DNA of 34,358 nt from a virus (taxonomy: Duplodnaviria > Caudoviricetes). The stretch is from the IMG/VR virus record IMGVR_UViG_3300034093_001339, positions 1-34,358 of that record; one strand, written 5' to 3'. Of this stretch, positions 12,894 through 22,075 are shown piece by piece. The translations under genes were made by a program, and so were the position numbers. The notes beneath the pieces were generated by a model. That model was not told where the DNA came from. It searched no databases and saw only the letters and a list, made by a program, of their open reading frames with translations. Each line of letters opens with the position of its first letter. The stretch's first letter is position 1.

Positions 12894-13343
12894 ATGCTTG
12901 TAGTTTTTGACATTGATGGAACGCTTGCCAACTGCGAGCATCGTTTGCATCACGTTCTTAGCAAGCCCAAGAACTGGCCTGCATTTGACGCTGGCATTCC
13001 GAATGATACAGTAATTCCGCAAGTTGCTGCAATGTTCTTTACTCTGCGTGATGCGGGTCATGACATTGTTTTTGCTACTGGTCGTAACGAGCGTAGTCGG
13101 GATGCTACAGTTGCGTGGCTTACAGCTAATGACTTTTGGCGTCCCTGGTCTCATCTCTACATGCGGAGCAAAGATGACTACCGTAGCGATGATATTGTAA
13201 AGCGTGAACTACTAGACGACATTGTTGCAGACTACGGTAAAAAGCCAGACATGGTGTTTGAAGATCGGCCACGGGTTGTTAAAATGTGGCGGGACAACGG
13301 CATCTTTGTTTTTGATGTGAAACAAAAAGACGAGGACTTCTAA
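12894..13343 (+). CDS. HAD phosphatase, like the 3'-phosphatase domain of T4 Pnkp (PseT)
   Basis: FDIDGTLA, ATGR, MR..DDYRSDDIVK, FEDR; AAGGAG SD before ATG 12894. Confidence 0.9.
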   Translation: MLVVFDIDGTLANCEHRLHHVLSKPKNWPAFDAGIPNDTVIPQVAAMFFTLRDAGHDIVFATGRNERSRDATVAWLTANDFWRPWSHLYMRSKDDYRSDDIVKRELLDDIVADYGKKPDMVFEDRPRVVKMWRDNGIFVFDVKQKDEDF

Positions 13344-13605
13344 TGAATGATCACTTCGCAAATCTTTTCTTTTTCCTACTGTGGGCAGAACGTGATGATC
13401 CTAACAGTTGGTATGGCGGCGTTAAGATCTCTGCTGCAATTGACTCGTTGGCAGCTATTATGAATATACCAGCTAGCGAGTTACGAAAGCTAATCGACTA
13501 ATTTAACAAACTTTGGAGGACATCTGATGAATATTATTTTGACAAAGATGCGGCGTTAGAGCATATTAACACTTTAGATGCTGCAGCAAGAGAGTTGGAT
13601 AGACA

Positions 13606-13764
13606 ATGAACTTTGATGAATGGTTTGAAGAACATAAAGACGAACTTGCACAACTACTGCGTGGGGATCAAGAAGAAGCACTATATAAGGCATGGCTTGC
13701 AGGATATACTGCAGGCTTGGGCGAGATGGGCGAGTTTGCTAGAGAGTTGTGGACATTGAAATGA
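13606..13764 (+). CDS. hypothetical protein (52 aa)
   Basis: MNFDEWFEE...; ATGA overlap with next gene. Confidence 0.55.
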   Translation: MNFDEWFEEHKDELAQLLRGDQEEALYKAWLAGYTAGLGEMGEFARELWTLK

Positions 13765-14120
13765 CATACTGGTCACTGTTTTTAGACGACATCCGTTTTC
13801 CTGAAGATGTAAAATTTTTCTACGGTCCCTATAAAAACCTTATAATCTGCCGCACGATGGATGATGCTGTGTGGGCAGTCAAGCAGTATGGCTTGCCCAC
13901 ATTCATCAGTTTCGACCACGATCTTGCTGACGAACACTACGGCAAAGACACAGGCGAGAACACTGGCTATACGTTTGCCAAATGGTTCTGTGACTATATA
14001 ATGGACAATGATTTGAATTTGCCTGTAGGATTCGGATATCATGTACATAGTATGAACCCTGTCGGTGCTGAAAACATCCGCAAGTATATGGAAAACTTTT
14101 TGGAGTTCAAAAATGGGTGA
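13761..14120 (+). CDS. cyclic-phosphate-processing receiver-domain protein
   Basis: LFLDDIR, ISFDHDL, HSMNPVG motifs. Confidence 0.8.
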   Translation: MTYWSLFLDDIRFPEDVKFFYGPYKNLIICRTMDDAVWAVKQYGLPTFISFDHDLADEHYGKDTGENTGYTFAKWFCDYIMDNDLNLPVGFGYHVHSMNPVGAENIRKYMENFLEFKNG

Positions 14121-14307
14121 CGAAAAAAACTATGAAGTAGTAAAAGGACTTTGGATTGGTTCAAAGTATGGTGATCTTCGGCGTGAACGGGCTGTGCTTA
14201 TGAAACGGCTCGTTCACAATAATGATGTGTCAGTTAAGCCAAAAATCCGTGAACTTACACAAGAAATATACGAACACTGGCTGCATAAGGATAACACCGA
14301 TGATTGA
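14113..14307 (+). CDS. hypothetical protein
   Basis: GGAG SD; overlapping operon packing. Confidence 0.6.
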   Translation: MGDEKNYEVVKGLWIGSKYGDLRRERAVLMKRLVHNNDVSVKPKIRELTQEIYEHWLHKDNTDD

Positions 14308-14500
14308 ATTTAATACTTTAAAGTTTGGCGATAAAGTGTATATCGCTAAGGATACAAACAACGCTTTCAGTAAGAAGAAGATCAAAAAGATCATTAGGGG
14401 TGTTGAATGGTTTAGATATGATATTGCTGGTATAGACGAATTTTTTGTAGGATTTAAAGATTACGACGACTTCATAACATTTAAGACGGCGTGGGCATGA
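14300..14500 (+). CDS. small protein with C-terminal D..F[KR]..W motif
   Basis: AAGGA SD; ends DDFITFKTAWA. Confidence 0.6.
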   Translation: MIEFNTLKFGDKVYIAKDTNNAFSKKKIKKIIRGVEWFRYDIAGIDEFFVGFKDYDDFITFKTAWA

Positions 14501-14715
14501 CTGTGTACTGTGTAAGGATCGGAGATAAAGCCGAATGGCCTTACCCGTATGATAATTTTGCGGAGATGGTAAGTTGGGCAAAGGACTGTTGTGTTAGCTA
14601 TATGCATTACACTGTAGCAGATACATCAGACGTTAGCGAATGGGATTGGCTTGCAACATTTACTTTTGAAACATACGAAGATAGTATAGCTTTTAGACTA
14701 CGCTGGAAACACTAA
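14497..14715 (+). CDS. small protein with C-terminal D..F[KR]..W motif
   Basis: ATGA overlap; ends EDSIAFRLRWKH. Confidence 0.65.
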   Translation: MTVYCVRIGDKAEWPYPYDNFAEMVSWAKDCCVSYMHYTVADTSDVSEWDWLATFTFETYEDSIAFRLRWKH

Positions 14716-14732
14716 CATATATAGAGGGTAAC

Positions 14733-14990
14733 ATGCTAACTAAACAAGAACTAACTGAACAACTGTTAACCGGCGTATATAACGTTACGTTTACTAAAGT
14801 GGACGGTACTGAAAGAACAATGCCCTGCACACTTAGAGAGGATATCCTACCGCCTGCTAAACAGGAGGATCCACTTTCACTAAAGAAAGTGCGGGCAATC
14901 AATGACAACGTCCTAGTAGTATACTGCACAGACAAAAACGAATGGCGAAGCTTTCGTGTAGCTAATGTAATAAATGTTACCGCCGCCTAA
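14733..14990 (+). CDS. WYL_2/Sm-like SH3 beta-barrel protein
   Basis: VTFTKVDGTERTMPCTL...WRSFR. Confidence 0.8.
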   Translation: MLTKQELTEQLLTGVYNVTFTKVDGTERTMPCTLREDILPPAKQEDPLSLKKVRAINDNVLVVYCTDKNEWRSFRVANVINVTAA

Positions 14991-15180
14991 CCGATTTGTT
15001 TATCAGAAGCATATCCAAACCTTTTTTTGGGCGGATTGTGATTTCTATAGACAAAACAAAGAAAGCATACTACAATGGGCAGAGTTTTATAACTGTAACG
15101 TGCCATCAAAACTTCATGGTTGGATAGAATGTCCTGATGATGATGTGGTGGCAGCATTTAGGATAACGTGGGGATGCTAG
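14974..15180 (+). CDS. small protein with C-terminal D..F[KR]..W motif
   Basis: ends DDVVAAFRITWGC. Confidence 0.6.
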   Translation: MLPPPNRFVYQKHIQTFFWADCDFYRQNKESILQWAEFYNCNVPSKLHGWIECPDDDVVAAFRITWGC

Positions 15181-15353
15181 TCAACATAACTAAAAGCATG
15201 GATCCTGGAGCTCAGGGAAAAATGTTTGATTGGCTGTTTACAGAATTTGGCGGACCTTCTCGTGGACGTTGGCGTCTCGTAAACCTAGCCTCTATTGAAT
15301 TTAACAATATGGAAGATGGTGTGTATTTTAAACTAGTGTGGAATCATATATAA
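15174..15353 (+). CDS. small protein with C-terminal D..F[KR]..W motif
   Basis: ends EDGVYFKLVWNHI. Confidence 0.6.
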   Translation: MLVNITKSMDPGAQGKMFDWLFTEFGGPSRGRWRLVNLASIEFNNMEDGVYFKLVWNHI

Positions 15354-15616
15354 TGTCAAAATGGGACAAGCATAGCCGAAGGTGGGAACCAAGTTTCAAA
15401 CAACGGCTCGGGGATCGTGCGGCAGCTAAAAATAAACCCGAAAAGAAAACGTATATAGTAACACCCCCTAGATCAAGATACGATGATTGGGGTAACTCTC
15501 CGCCAGCTGTCCATTGGCGTATCTATATGGACGAATATTATTATGAATACAAATCACTTACATACGATGAAATGATTGAACTAAAATTGCGTGGATATAC
15601 GGTTAAGCCCACATAA
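15353..15616 (+). CDS. hypothetical protein
   Basis: TAATG coupling. Confidence 0.65.
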   Translation: MSKWDKHSRRWEPSFKQRLGDRAAAKNKPEKKTYIVTPPRSRYDDWGNSPPAVHWRIYMDEYYYEYKSLTYDEMIELKLRGYTVKPT

Positions 15617-15676
15617 AAAGGTTGACTTCGATATGTCTTGAATGTATAACTTAACAGTAAGTTAGAGGAGGGCACG

Positions 15677-16354
15677 ATGCCTGCGATCAAAGTATATAAA
15701 GCAAACGGAAAAATGGTTCCCGTAAGTGAAGCAAAAGTTGCTAAGGCATATCAATGTCCTTGGACTAGCAAAGTATTCGCTACTAAAGCTGCGTATACTA
15801 AACATCTTAGCGAACTTCGTGAGGATCGTATGCATCGTCGTGCTCGTCAAAATATCCGAAACAGGAAACTTGACGATCTAATCAATCAACCCTCTTTCCA
15901 AGATATTGTTAACTGGATCGAAACTAACCCTGAGTTTTTCTTTGATGGTCTTATTAAAGCTGGGCATAGTGGGTGGGCTCACCGTAGAGCGCATCTTCGT
16001 GAAGAGTTTTGGATTAAGATTACTAAACTTAATCTACACTGGAGTGACCGTGTTAGCAACAGTCACAATCGTCCACGTGATGGTGTTTCTAACTGGGAAA
16101 GAAATGTCGACAAACCGATGGGGTATCCGGGGTGGGCAGGACGTATTGAATTCCAGCTTAGTCATAACTTTGGATTTGGTAGTGATGTTCTAAGCAATAC
16201 TGGTATCCATACTGGATCGGGCGGTGGCGGCAGTGATAATCACTTTGGTTATGAAGTTAAGTTTTTTGCTAGCGATTGGCCTGGGCTGCGTGGTGCTGCT
16301 ATTGCCAATAAGCTAGCAGGTATCCACGAACCCAATTTTGAGATTGCAAATTAA
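15677..16354 (+). CDS. hypothetical protein
   Basis: promoter TTGACT(15622)-17-TATAAC; GAGGAGG SD. Confidence 0.85.
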   Translation: MPAIKVYKANGKMVPVSEAKVAKAYQCPWTSKVFATKAAYTKHLSELREDRMHRRARQNIRNRKLDDLINQPSFQDIVNWIETNPEFFFDGLIKAGHSGWAHRRAHLREEFWIKITKLNLHWSDRVSNSHNRPRDGVSNWERNVDKPMGYPGWAGRIEFQLSHNFGFGSDVLSNTGIHTGSGGGGSDNHFGYEVKFFASDWPGLRGAAIANKLAGIHEPNFEIAN

Positions 16355-16377
16355 GTAAAGAAACATAGGAGTTAAAG

Positions 16378-16923
16378 ATGACACATAAATTCGTAGTAGG
16401 TGATTTAGTTCGCAAGCGATATGGAACAAAAACAATTGTTGTTAGAGAACTCTACAGCAACGTTCTATACGGATATTACAAACATAGCGGAACAAGCACT
16501 GGTCGACTAAACCCAGGCGACCTTGTTAAAGTAGAAAACACAGATAACGTAGAAGAAAAAGGATATGGAAAAATGAAGGGTAAACTGTTTCAAACCAAAG
16601 ACGGTGCTTTTGGTATCGGTCTTGCAGTTAACAGCCAAGGCAAATATGTCTTGGAAATGAAAGGCACTGGCGATCTGGTGGCGTATGACAAGAATGAAGT
16701 AGAACTTGTTATGCCGTTCACTTACAATGTGCAGTTCAACGGAGTAGGCACTGAGTATGCTTATCTTGGCAAAGAAGGCGTTGTGAAGGTAGGTGACCTA
16801 TTGCTGAAAACTGACACTAAAGGTTTCAGCATTGGTCGAGTAACTGCCGTTAACACTAAAAGCGAACGTGCTACCAAGCACTTCGACGGTGCTAAAATCG
16901 TGACAGAGGCACTTGATCAATGA
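16378..16923 (+). CDS. hypothetical protein (repeated VGDL, SH3/KOW-like)
   Basis: AGGAG SD; ORF track. Confidence 0.8.
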   Translation: MTHKFVVGDLVRKRYGTKTIVVRELYSNVLYGYYKHSGTSTGRLNPGDLVKVENTDNVEEKGYGKMKGKLFQTKDGAFGIGLAVNSQGKYVLEMKGTGDLVAYDKNEVELVMPFTYNVQFNGVGTEYAYLGKEGVVKVGDLLLKTDTKGFSIGRVTAVNTKSERATKHFDGAKIVTEALDQ

Positions 16924-16958
16924 GCGATATATGGGTAATCTCGGATACCCATTTTTAA
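16920..16958 (+). pseudogene. N-terminal stub of a metallophosphoesterase (MSDIWVISDTHF*)
   Basis: ATGA-coupled start, SDTHF motif then TAA. Confidence 0.7.
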
Positions 16959-17002
16959 TAAAAAACTCCTTTTAGCATAAATAGTTAAGAGGAGTTTTTT
17001 TA

Positions 17003-17191
17003 ATAGCTGTTAATATATGTTTAAAGTGTAGCAAAGAATATCGTGTAAAACCATCCCTGCAACAGAAGAGCAAATATTGTTCTATAATATGTAAAGGAGC
17101 ATATCAGAGTATAAATCGTAAAGGATTTAACAATTCAAACTTCGGTAAAAAGTGGAGTTCAGAAAAAAAGAACAACAGTCTGGGATTCTAA
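17003..17191 (+). pseudogene. remnant of homing endonuclease N-terminus
   Basis: CLKCSKEY...KYCSIIC and NSNFGKKWSSE; no ATG; SD-sequestering hairpin upstream. Confidence 0.6.
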
Positions 17192-17524
17192 CATTCTATT
17201 CTACACACCCCAAATGGTCGTTTGCTAGAGTTAATGATAGGGGGTGTGTAACAGAGGTTGCTGAAAAGAACCCTATCTCAACTAATGCAACAGTTGGGTA
17301 CTACTATTGGAAGAAGGGCTCAGACTTTGTAAAGTATGCTGAGCAAATGATTAACAAAAATGTTCGTGTCAATAATGAATTTTATGTCTGCCCAGTGTTC
17401 AACGAAGCTATTGCTGATGGTAAAAACGGTTCGTATTGTTGAAGCAAAAGCTATGTGGGGTCTTGGCACTCCAGAGGATCTTAATTACTATTTAAAAAAT
17501 TTTGGAAATATAACAAATGAATGA
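17182..17524 (+). pseudogene. C-terminal fragment of sugar-nucleotidyltransferase, frameshifted
   Basis: HPKWSF, EVAEKNPIS, EFYVCPVFN, then MWGLGTPEDL in another frame after an A5 run near 17425. Confidence 0.8.
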
Positions 17525-18350
17525 GACGTGTTTTCTTGCCCCTGTACACAGTAAAGGATTTAAATACGGCATAGACTATGTCAAAAGTTATAATAAGTTT
17601 TACAATGATGATCATTTGTATTTGGTATTTTCCAATCAAGATGAAATGAATGATTTTAGATACTTGGTTGGATCAGAAGCTCGATATAGACCAATATTAT
17701 GTACAGAACATTTAACATATTCAAAACCAATATCACAGAAAAAGTTATTTGGCGTAAATTATGTATTTCAAACTACATCATTCAATCAAGTTGCGGTTAC
17801 TGATGTTGATTGTATATTCGTAAAGCATGTTAATTATGATCAACTAATGCTCGATCGAGCCGCCCGCTCCAAGTTTTTTACCAGTAGTTCAAACAATACA
17901 GACGTAGTTAATAAGGTAGGTAGAGCAGCAGCCAAAAAGTTTTTTACACCATTAGATGTAAAAAAACTCGAGACATTGACAAACGGATTTACAGATTATT
18001 TTTGGTTTAATGATATACCTGTTTATTCACGAGAATATTTTAAGTTATTTAAACAGTACATTAACTATCCATCTACTATTGATAAACTTGAATATACAAC
18101 ATTTGATTTTATACTATATGCATATTACTTATTATTAAAATCTTACGCTGTAATTGAACCAATTACAGTTAACGGAAACCGGCCGCCAATCCAAGATAAA
18201 GGTAGTTTCATTGAGAGTCAACGTGTATTTAACCCTAACTACTTTAAGCAAGCAATTGAGCAATTTCGACCGATGTGGTTAATTGACCTTATCGAAAGTG
18301 ATAATCAAGATGTTATGATAAAACTGCATGTTGATAGGATTAAAAAGTGA
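17517..18350 (+). CDS. hypothetical protein, possible glycosyltransferase
   Basis: 277 aa ORF, DVD motif, context. Confidence 0.7.
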   Translation: MNETCFLAPVHSKGFKYGIDYVKSYNKFYNDDHLYLVFSNQDEMNDFRYLVGSEARYRPILCTEHLTYSKPISQKKLFGVNYVFQTTSFNQVAVTDVDCIFVKHVNYDQLMLDRAARSKFFTSSSNNTDVVNKVGRAAAKKFFTPLDVKKLETLTNGFTDYFWFNDIPVYSREYFKLFKQYINYPSTIDKLEYTTFDFILYAYYLLLKSYAVIEPITVNGNRPPIQDKGSFIESQRVFNPNYFKQAIEQFRPMWLIDLIESDNQDVMIKLHVDRIKK

Positions 18351-18543
18351 AGAATGTAGTTTTTCAGTATTTTCTTAATTTTAATGGAGTTGGTAAACAA
18401 GGAGCTTACTATACTACTGAAGGCATTCCTGATTGGGCAGCGAGTTGAATCCGATGCAAAAATTGCAGGATATATATCTGATTGGTATAAAAGCCAAGGA
18501 TATGAAACTCAAGTTCAAGTATTCGAATACGAGGAAACATGAA

Positions 18544-18792
18544 ATGACTAATATTGTAAAAGATATTATTGAACAAGAAGTAACAGTTGATGATTGGGTT
18601 GCATATATCAGACCCTATTATCATAATCTAGCTGTTGGGCGTATTGTAAAGTTTACACCTAAAATGGTTAGGGTATTGCACAAAGGTAAAAGTAAAGCCA
18701 GTAATGATATTGGCGATCTAGTTAAAATTACTGATGTTGTAAAGATCGACACTGAACAAATCATAGTTTTACGTTTGGCTGGAAAAATGTAA
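18544..18792 (+). CDS. hypothetical protein
   Basis: GAGGA SD before ATG 18544. Confidence 0.7.
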   Translation: MTNIVKDIIEQEVTVDDWVAYIRPYYHNLAVGRIVKFTPKMVRVLHKGKSKASNDIGDLVKITDVVKIDTEQIIVLRLAGKM

Positions 18793-18925
18793 GATTATCT
18801 GCTAATATAAATAAACGTATGAAACATAGAATTAATCAGTCAGCTGATTCTCTTAGAGAGTCTAACGTCGTCATTGGACATCTTGACAAGATTTGCAGTT
18901 TTTAAGTGGGATACTAAAATAAAAC

Positions 18926-19420
18926 ATGATCGTGGTAATAGCCAGTGAACCCAATTCTGACTTTTCAGTAGAAGACACAATATTAAATAGGTCTTACTGT
19001 ATTGCATATAACTCACATTTAACAGTTGATAGCGATTTAACAATCTACCAGCATTTGACACTAGCAGGCATTCGATTGCAAGAAATACTGTTATTTGAGA
19101 CTGAACATATGCTCGATGCTGCCACAACACCTGTTCTAGTAATTCTTGATAACTCGTTTGAGTTTGATAAATTCACAAACAAACAAATCAGCACTGATAC
19201 TATATTTTTTGACAGCTTACAAGATAACATTAAACCTACTGCAATTTATGGTAGTATTGTTTCTGTTACTAAAGTTCTTAGGAGTGCTAACAAACTTCAA
19301 TTTCTACTAAAAGATAACAATGCAGTAGTTAAATTTCCGTTTCTTGGACCATGTCATGAACTGTTTCAATTGTTGTGGTATTCTGTAAAAATAGGTTTAA
19401 AAGTATATGAAGCAAAATAA
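18926..19420 (+). CDS. hypothetical protein
   Basis: ORF track. Confidence 0.65.
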   Translation: MIVVIASEPNSDFSVEDTILNRSYCIAYNSHLTVDSDLTIYQHLTLAGIRLQEILLFETEHMLDAATTPVLVILDNSFEFDKFTNKQISTDTIFFDSLQDNIKPTAIYGSIVSVTKVLRSANKLQFLLKDNNAVVKFPFLGPCHELFQLLWYSVKIGLKVYEAK

Positions 19421-20255
19421 AACAGCAATTTTTATTAGAGGTTATAAACGTACATGGGACTGGATTAAGAATGATACATTTAAAACCTTCAATCAAGCAT
19501 ATGGCGACGATATAGATTGGTACGTCGCTGTGTGGAACAGCAACACTGCTGTATACGACTCAATGCTAAAAGACTTTGATGGTAAAAATCTTAAATCGTT
19601 TCATATGATAGACGAAAAAGACTACCCGATGCCAATAACTATCAGGGGGTACGAAGAACCTGGATTCCTTCACAAATGGACTCATAAAATTGATACTTAT
19701 TGGCGCTTGGCGTATCTAGATCAATTGTTAGGTATAGATAAAATCAAATATGAATTTGATACTGGTATTCAGTATGACACGGTTCTGTTTACACGATTTG
19801 ATCTATACAATATCATTGGTCACGACAATAAGAAATATGTAAAACCAAAACCCTTTACAATTTCTTCAGAAACTACCAGAGACGAAGATCTTGATTTTTC
19901 AATAATTGATGATTGGCAGTATATAACAGACTCGCTTACGTCGGACATTGTGTCTTTTAGATTTTTTGACACTTATATCAATGATTATTACAATCAAGCC
20001 ACACCCTTATCACCAGAGACGTTACTTTCTAGTTACATGTTTAGAAATAGTATAGCATACGATGCTAAAACTGCACATCGATATTTTACATCGTTTATAA
20101 TACGACCAGACCAAGTTGATATATTCCCGTTACCATCAATAATCAATGTTTGTCGGCCAAACTCTTGGCTATGCGAATCTATTGAATACAAGCTACACCA
20201 TTGCAATAAAACGAATATAGATCCAATTGAATACCATATTCGAGGAATGACTTAA
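19407..20255 (+). CDS. hypothetical protein, glycosyltransferase-like
   Basis: KTAIFIRGYKRT and YDTVLFTRFD blocks. Confidence 0.7.
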   Translation: MKQNKTAIFIRGYKRTWDWIKNDTFKTFNQAYGDDIDWYVAVWNSNTAVYDSMLKDFDGKNLKSFHMIDEKDYPMPITIRGYEEPGFLHKWTHKIDTYWRLAYLDQLLGIDKIKYEFDTGIQYDTVLFTRFDLYNIIGHDNKKYVKPKPFTISSETTRDEDLDFSIIDDWQYITDSLTSDIVSFRFFDTYINDYYNQATPLSPETLLSSYMFRNSIAYDAKTAHRYFTSFIIRPDQVDIFPLPSIINVCRPNSWLCESIEYKLHHCNKTNIDPIEYHIRGMT

Positions 20256-20330
20256 TAAAACGAGTAATGCATAATAAAAAATCTGATAATTATGTTAGTG
20301 GAAGAAAAATAACAAAAGGAGGGGGTGGCA

Positions 20331-21095
20331 ATGAAACATAGAATCGTCTTAGTTACGGGAGGTTTCGACCCTCTACACAGTGGGCATATTGCCTACTTTA
20401 AAGAAGCAAAAAAATTAGGTTCAAAATTAGTAGTTGGGTTAAACAGTGATAATTGGCTTACACGTAAAAAGGGTAAGCCATTTTTAACGATTGATGAACG
20501 AAAAATTATCCTAGAAGCACTTGAGATAGTAGATAGCGTTATCACATTTGATGATAGTGATGGTAGTGCTAACCTAGCCATATACAAGTGTTTGCAGCAA
20601 CACCCGGAATGCAAAATAATCTTTGCAAACGGCGGAGACAGGACCAACACTAATACACCAGAATACAACACGTATGGAAAAATGCCCTGGGTTGAGTTTA
20701 AATGGGGCGTTGGCGGGACTGATAAAAAAAATTCAAGCAGTTGGATTTTAGATAATTGGAAAACACAGCGTACCGAACGTGATTGGGGATACTGGCGTGT
20801 GCTGGATGATAAAGGCACAATCAAAACTAAAGAACTAGTTATTAACCCAGGCTGCAATTTAAGCGACCAAAGACATTTTCATCGCAGTGAGCATTGGTAT
20901 GTTTTGACAGGCAACATACAAATAGACACTGAATACAACAACAAATGGCAAGTGCAACTACTGTCTCCCAATACTACATACGTGATTGGTCCTAATGTTT
21001 GGCACAAAGCAACAAACACAGGCGATACTCCGGCGCACATTATCGAAATCCAATACGGAGAACGGTGTGTTGAAGATGACATTGAACGAAGATAG
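20331..21095 (+). CDS. cytidylyl/adenylyltransferase fused to cupin (mannose-6-phosphate isomerase type II-like)
   Basis: TGGFDPLHSGH, FANGGDR; RDWG, QRHFHRSEHW, IIEIQYG. Confidence 0.9.
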   Translation: MKHRIVLVTGGFDPLHSGHIAYFKEAKKLGSKLVVGLNSDNWLTRKKGKPFLTIDERKIILEALEIVDSVITFDDSDGSANLAIYKCLQQHPECKIIFANGGDRTNTNTPEYNTYGKMPWVEFKWGVGGTDKKNSSSWILDNWKTQRTERDWGYWRVLDDKGTIKTKELVINPGCNLSDQRHFHRSEHWYVLTGNIQIDTEYNNKWQVQLLSPNTTYVIGPNVWHKATNTGDTPAHIIEIQYGERCVEDDIERR

Positions 21096-21158
21096 TGTCA
21101 CTAAACCTACCCTATAAATATTAAACAGCGCATAGCGCATAAAGTCAAAGGATACATA

Positions 21159-21377
21159 ATGAGAAAGCTCGCAACCATTAAGCACGAAAACAAGCAAAGT
21201 CAAATCTATGTTAACCACGAACTACTTGTTGTAGAATTTTACGAAAACAACAAACGTGTAGGTGAAATAGAGTATCCAAACAAAAGTTATCACTATGTAT
21301 ATGACGCTGCAGAGAACTGGATCATGGGCATTCTAACACAGGCTACCATCAAAAATTATGGTATGTTAGTAGCATAA
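21159..21377 (+). CDS. hypothetical protein
   Basis: TATAAATA at 21113, AAGGA SD. Confidence 0.75.
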   Translation: MRKLATIKHENKQSQIYVNHELLVVEFYENNKRVGEIEYPNKSYHYVYDAAENWIMGILTQATIKNYGMLVA

Positions 21378-21392
21378 ATCGTAAAAAATAGG

Positions 21393-21421
21393 TTGACAAA
21401 GTAAGACATATCACTTATATT
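21393..21421 (+). promoter_or_regulatory. sigma70 promoter with degenerate operator
   Basis: TTGACA-AAGTAAGACATATCACT-TATATT. Confidence 0.75.
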
Positions 21422-21443
21422 AATACTGTAAGCGAAACAAGGG

Positions 21444-21650
21444 ATGTTTGAAATGGCAAAAGCAAAGATAGCATGTTACCGTGTTGTTAAGACAGGTAGA
21501 GAAGATCTCACTCGTGCGTTTAATTCTCGTATTGATGCCGAGATCCATGCTCGTAATTTTAACAAAATCCAAGGGAGTGGCTACAATTGGTCGAAGATGT
21601 GGGCAACAGTTGAGCGTGTTCGTGTTGACGGAACTAGCGAACTAATTTAA
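21444..21650 (+). CDS. hypothetical protein
   Basis: ORF after promoter. Confidence 0.65.
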   Translation: MFEMAKAKIACYRVVKTGREDLTRAFNSRIDAEIHARNFNKIQGSGYNWSKMWATVERVRVDGTSELI

Positions 21651-21667
21651 AAATTGTTAACAGACAA

Positions 21668-22075
21668 ATGGCAAAACAGGAGTTGATGATGCACTACACG
21701 TTTGACGAAAACATTGTGTCCGATTTGTATAAAGATGCCTACGGCTTCCGTCCAGGCGCTGACTTTTGGTCGGATTGGAAGAATGCGTCCAACAAAACCA
21801 AGCAGAAAGTTTGGGATGATTTGCTGATAGATCTTGAACACAGTATTGAACGTGACCGTGCAGATGCGGCTCGTGCTGCTGAGGAGTTTCTAGGCCGTAT
21901 CGAACAGATGATCGAATACGGTGCTGCTGATTATGAAACTGCACTGCGTTGGATTGTTGATGCCGAAGGTCCGTTTGATGATGATCAGGACATTGAGCAT
22001 TTTGTTTGGAAACAAGGACTGCTGTGTTGCGAATTTGGTCGCCAGCTGGTCAAAGATATCAAGGGAATTATGTAA
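21668..22075 (+). CDS. hypothetical phage protein (SDLYKDAYGFRP motif)
   Basis: ORF track; TAATG coupling to next gene. Confidence 0.8.
   Translation: MAKQELMMHYTFDENIVSDLYKDAYGFRPGADFWSDWKNASNKTKQKVWDDLLIDLEHSIERDRADAARAAEEFLGRIEQMIEYGAADYETALRWIVDAEGPFDDDQDIEHFVWKQGLLCCEFGRQLVKDIKGIM

Noticed and set aside
18347-18543. ORF 18433 N-terminal extension, or an intact gene at 18347
   Set aside because: Appears to be frameshifted or fused fragments; the SD supports a start at 18544
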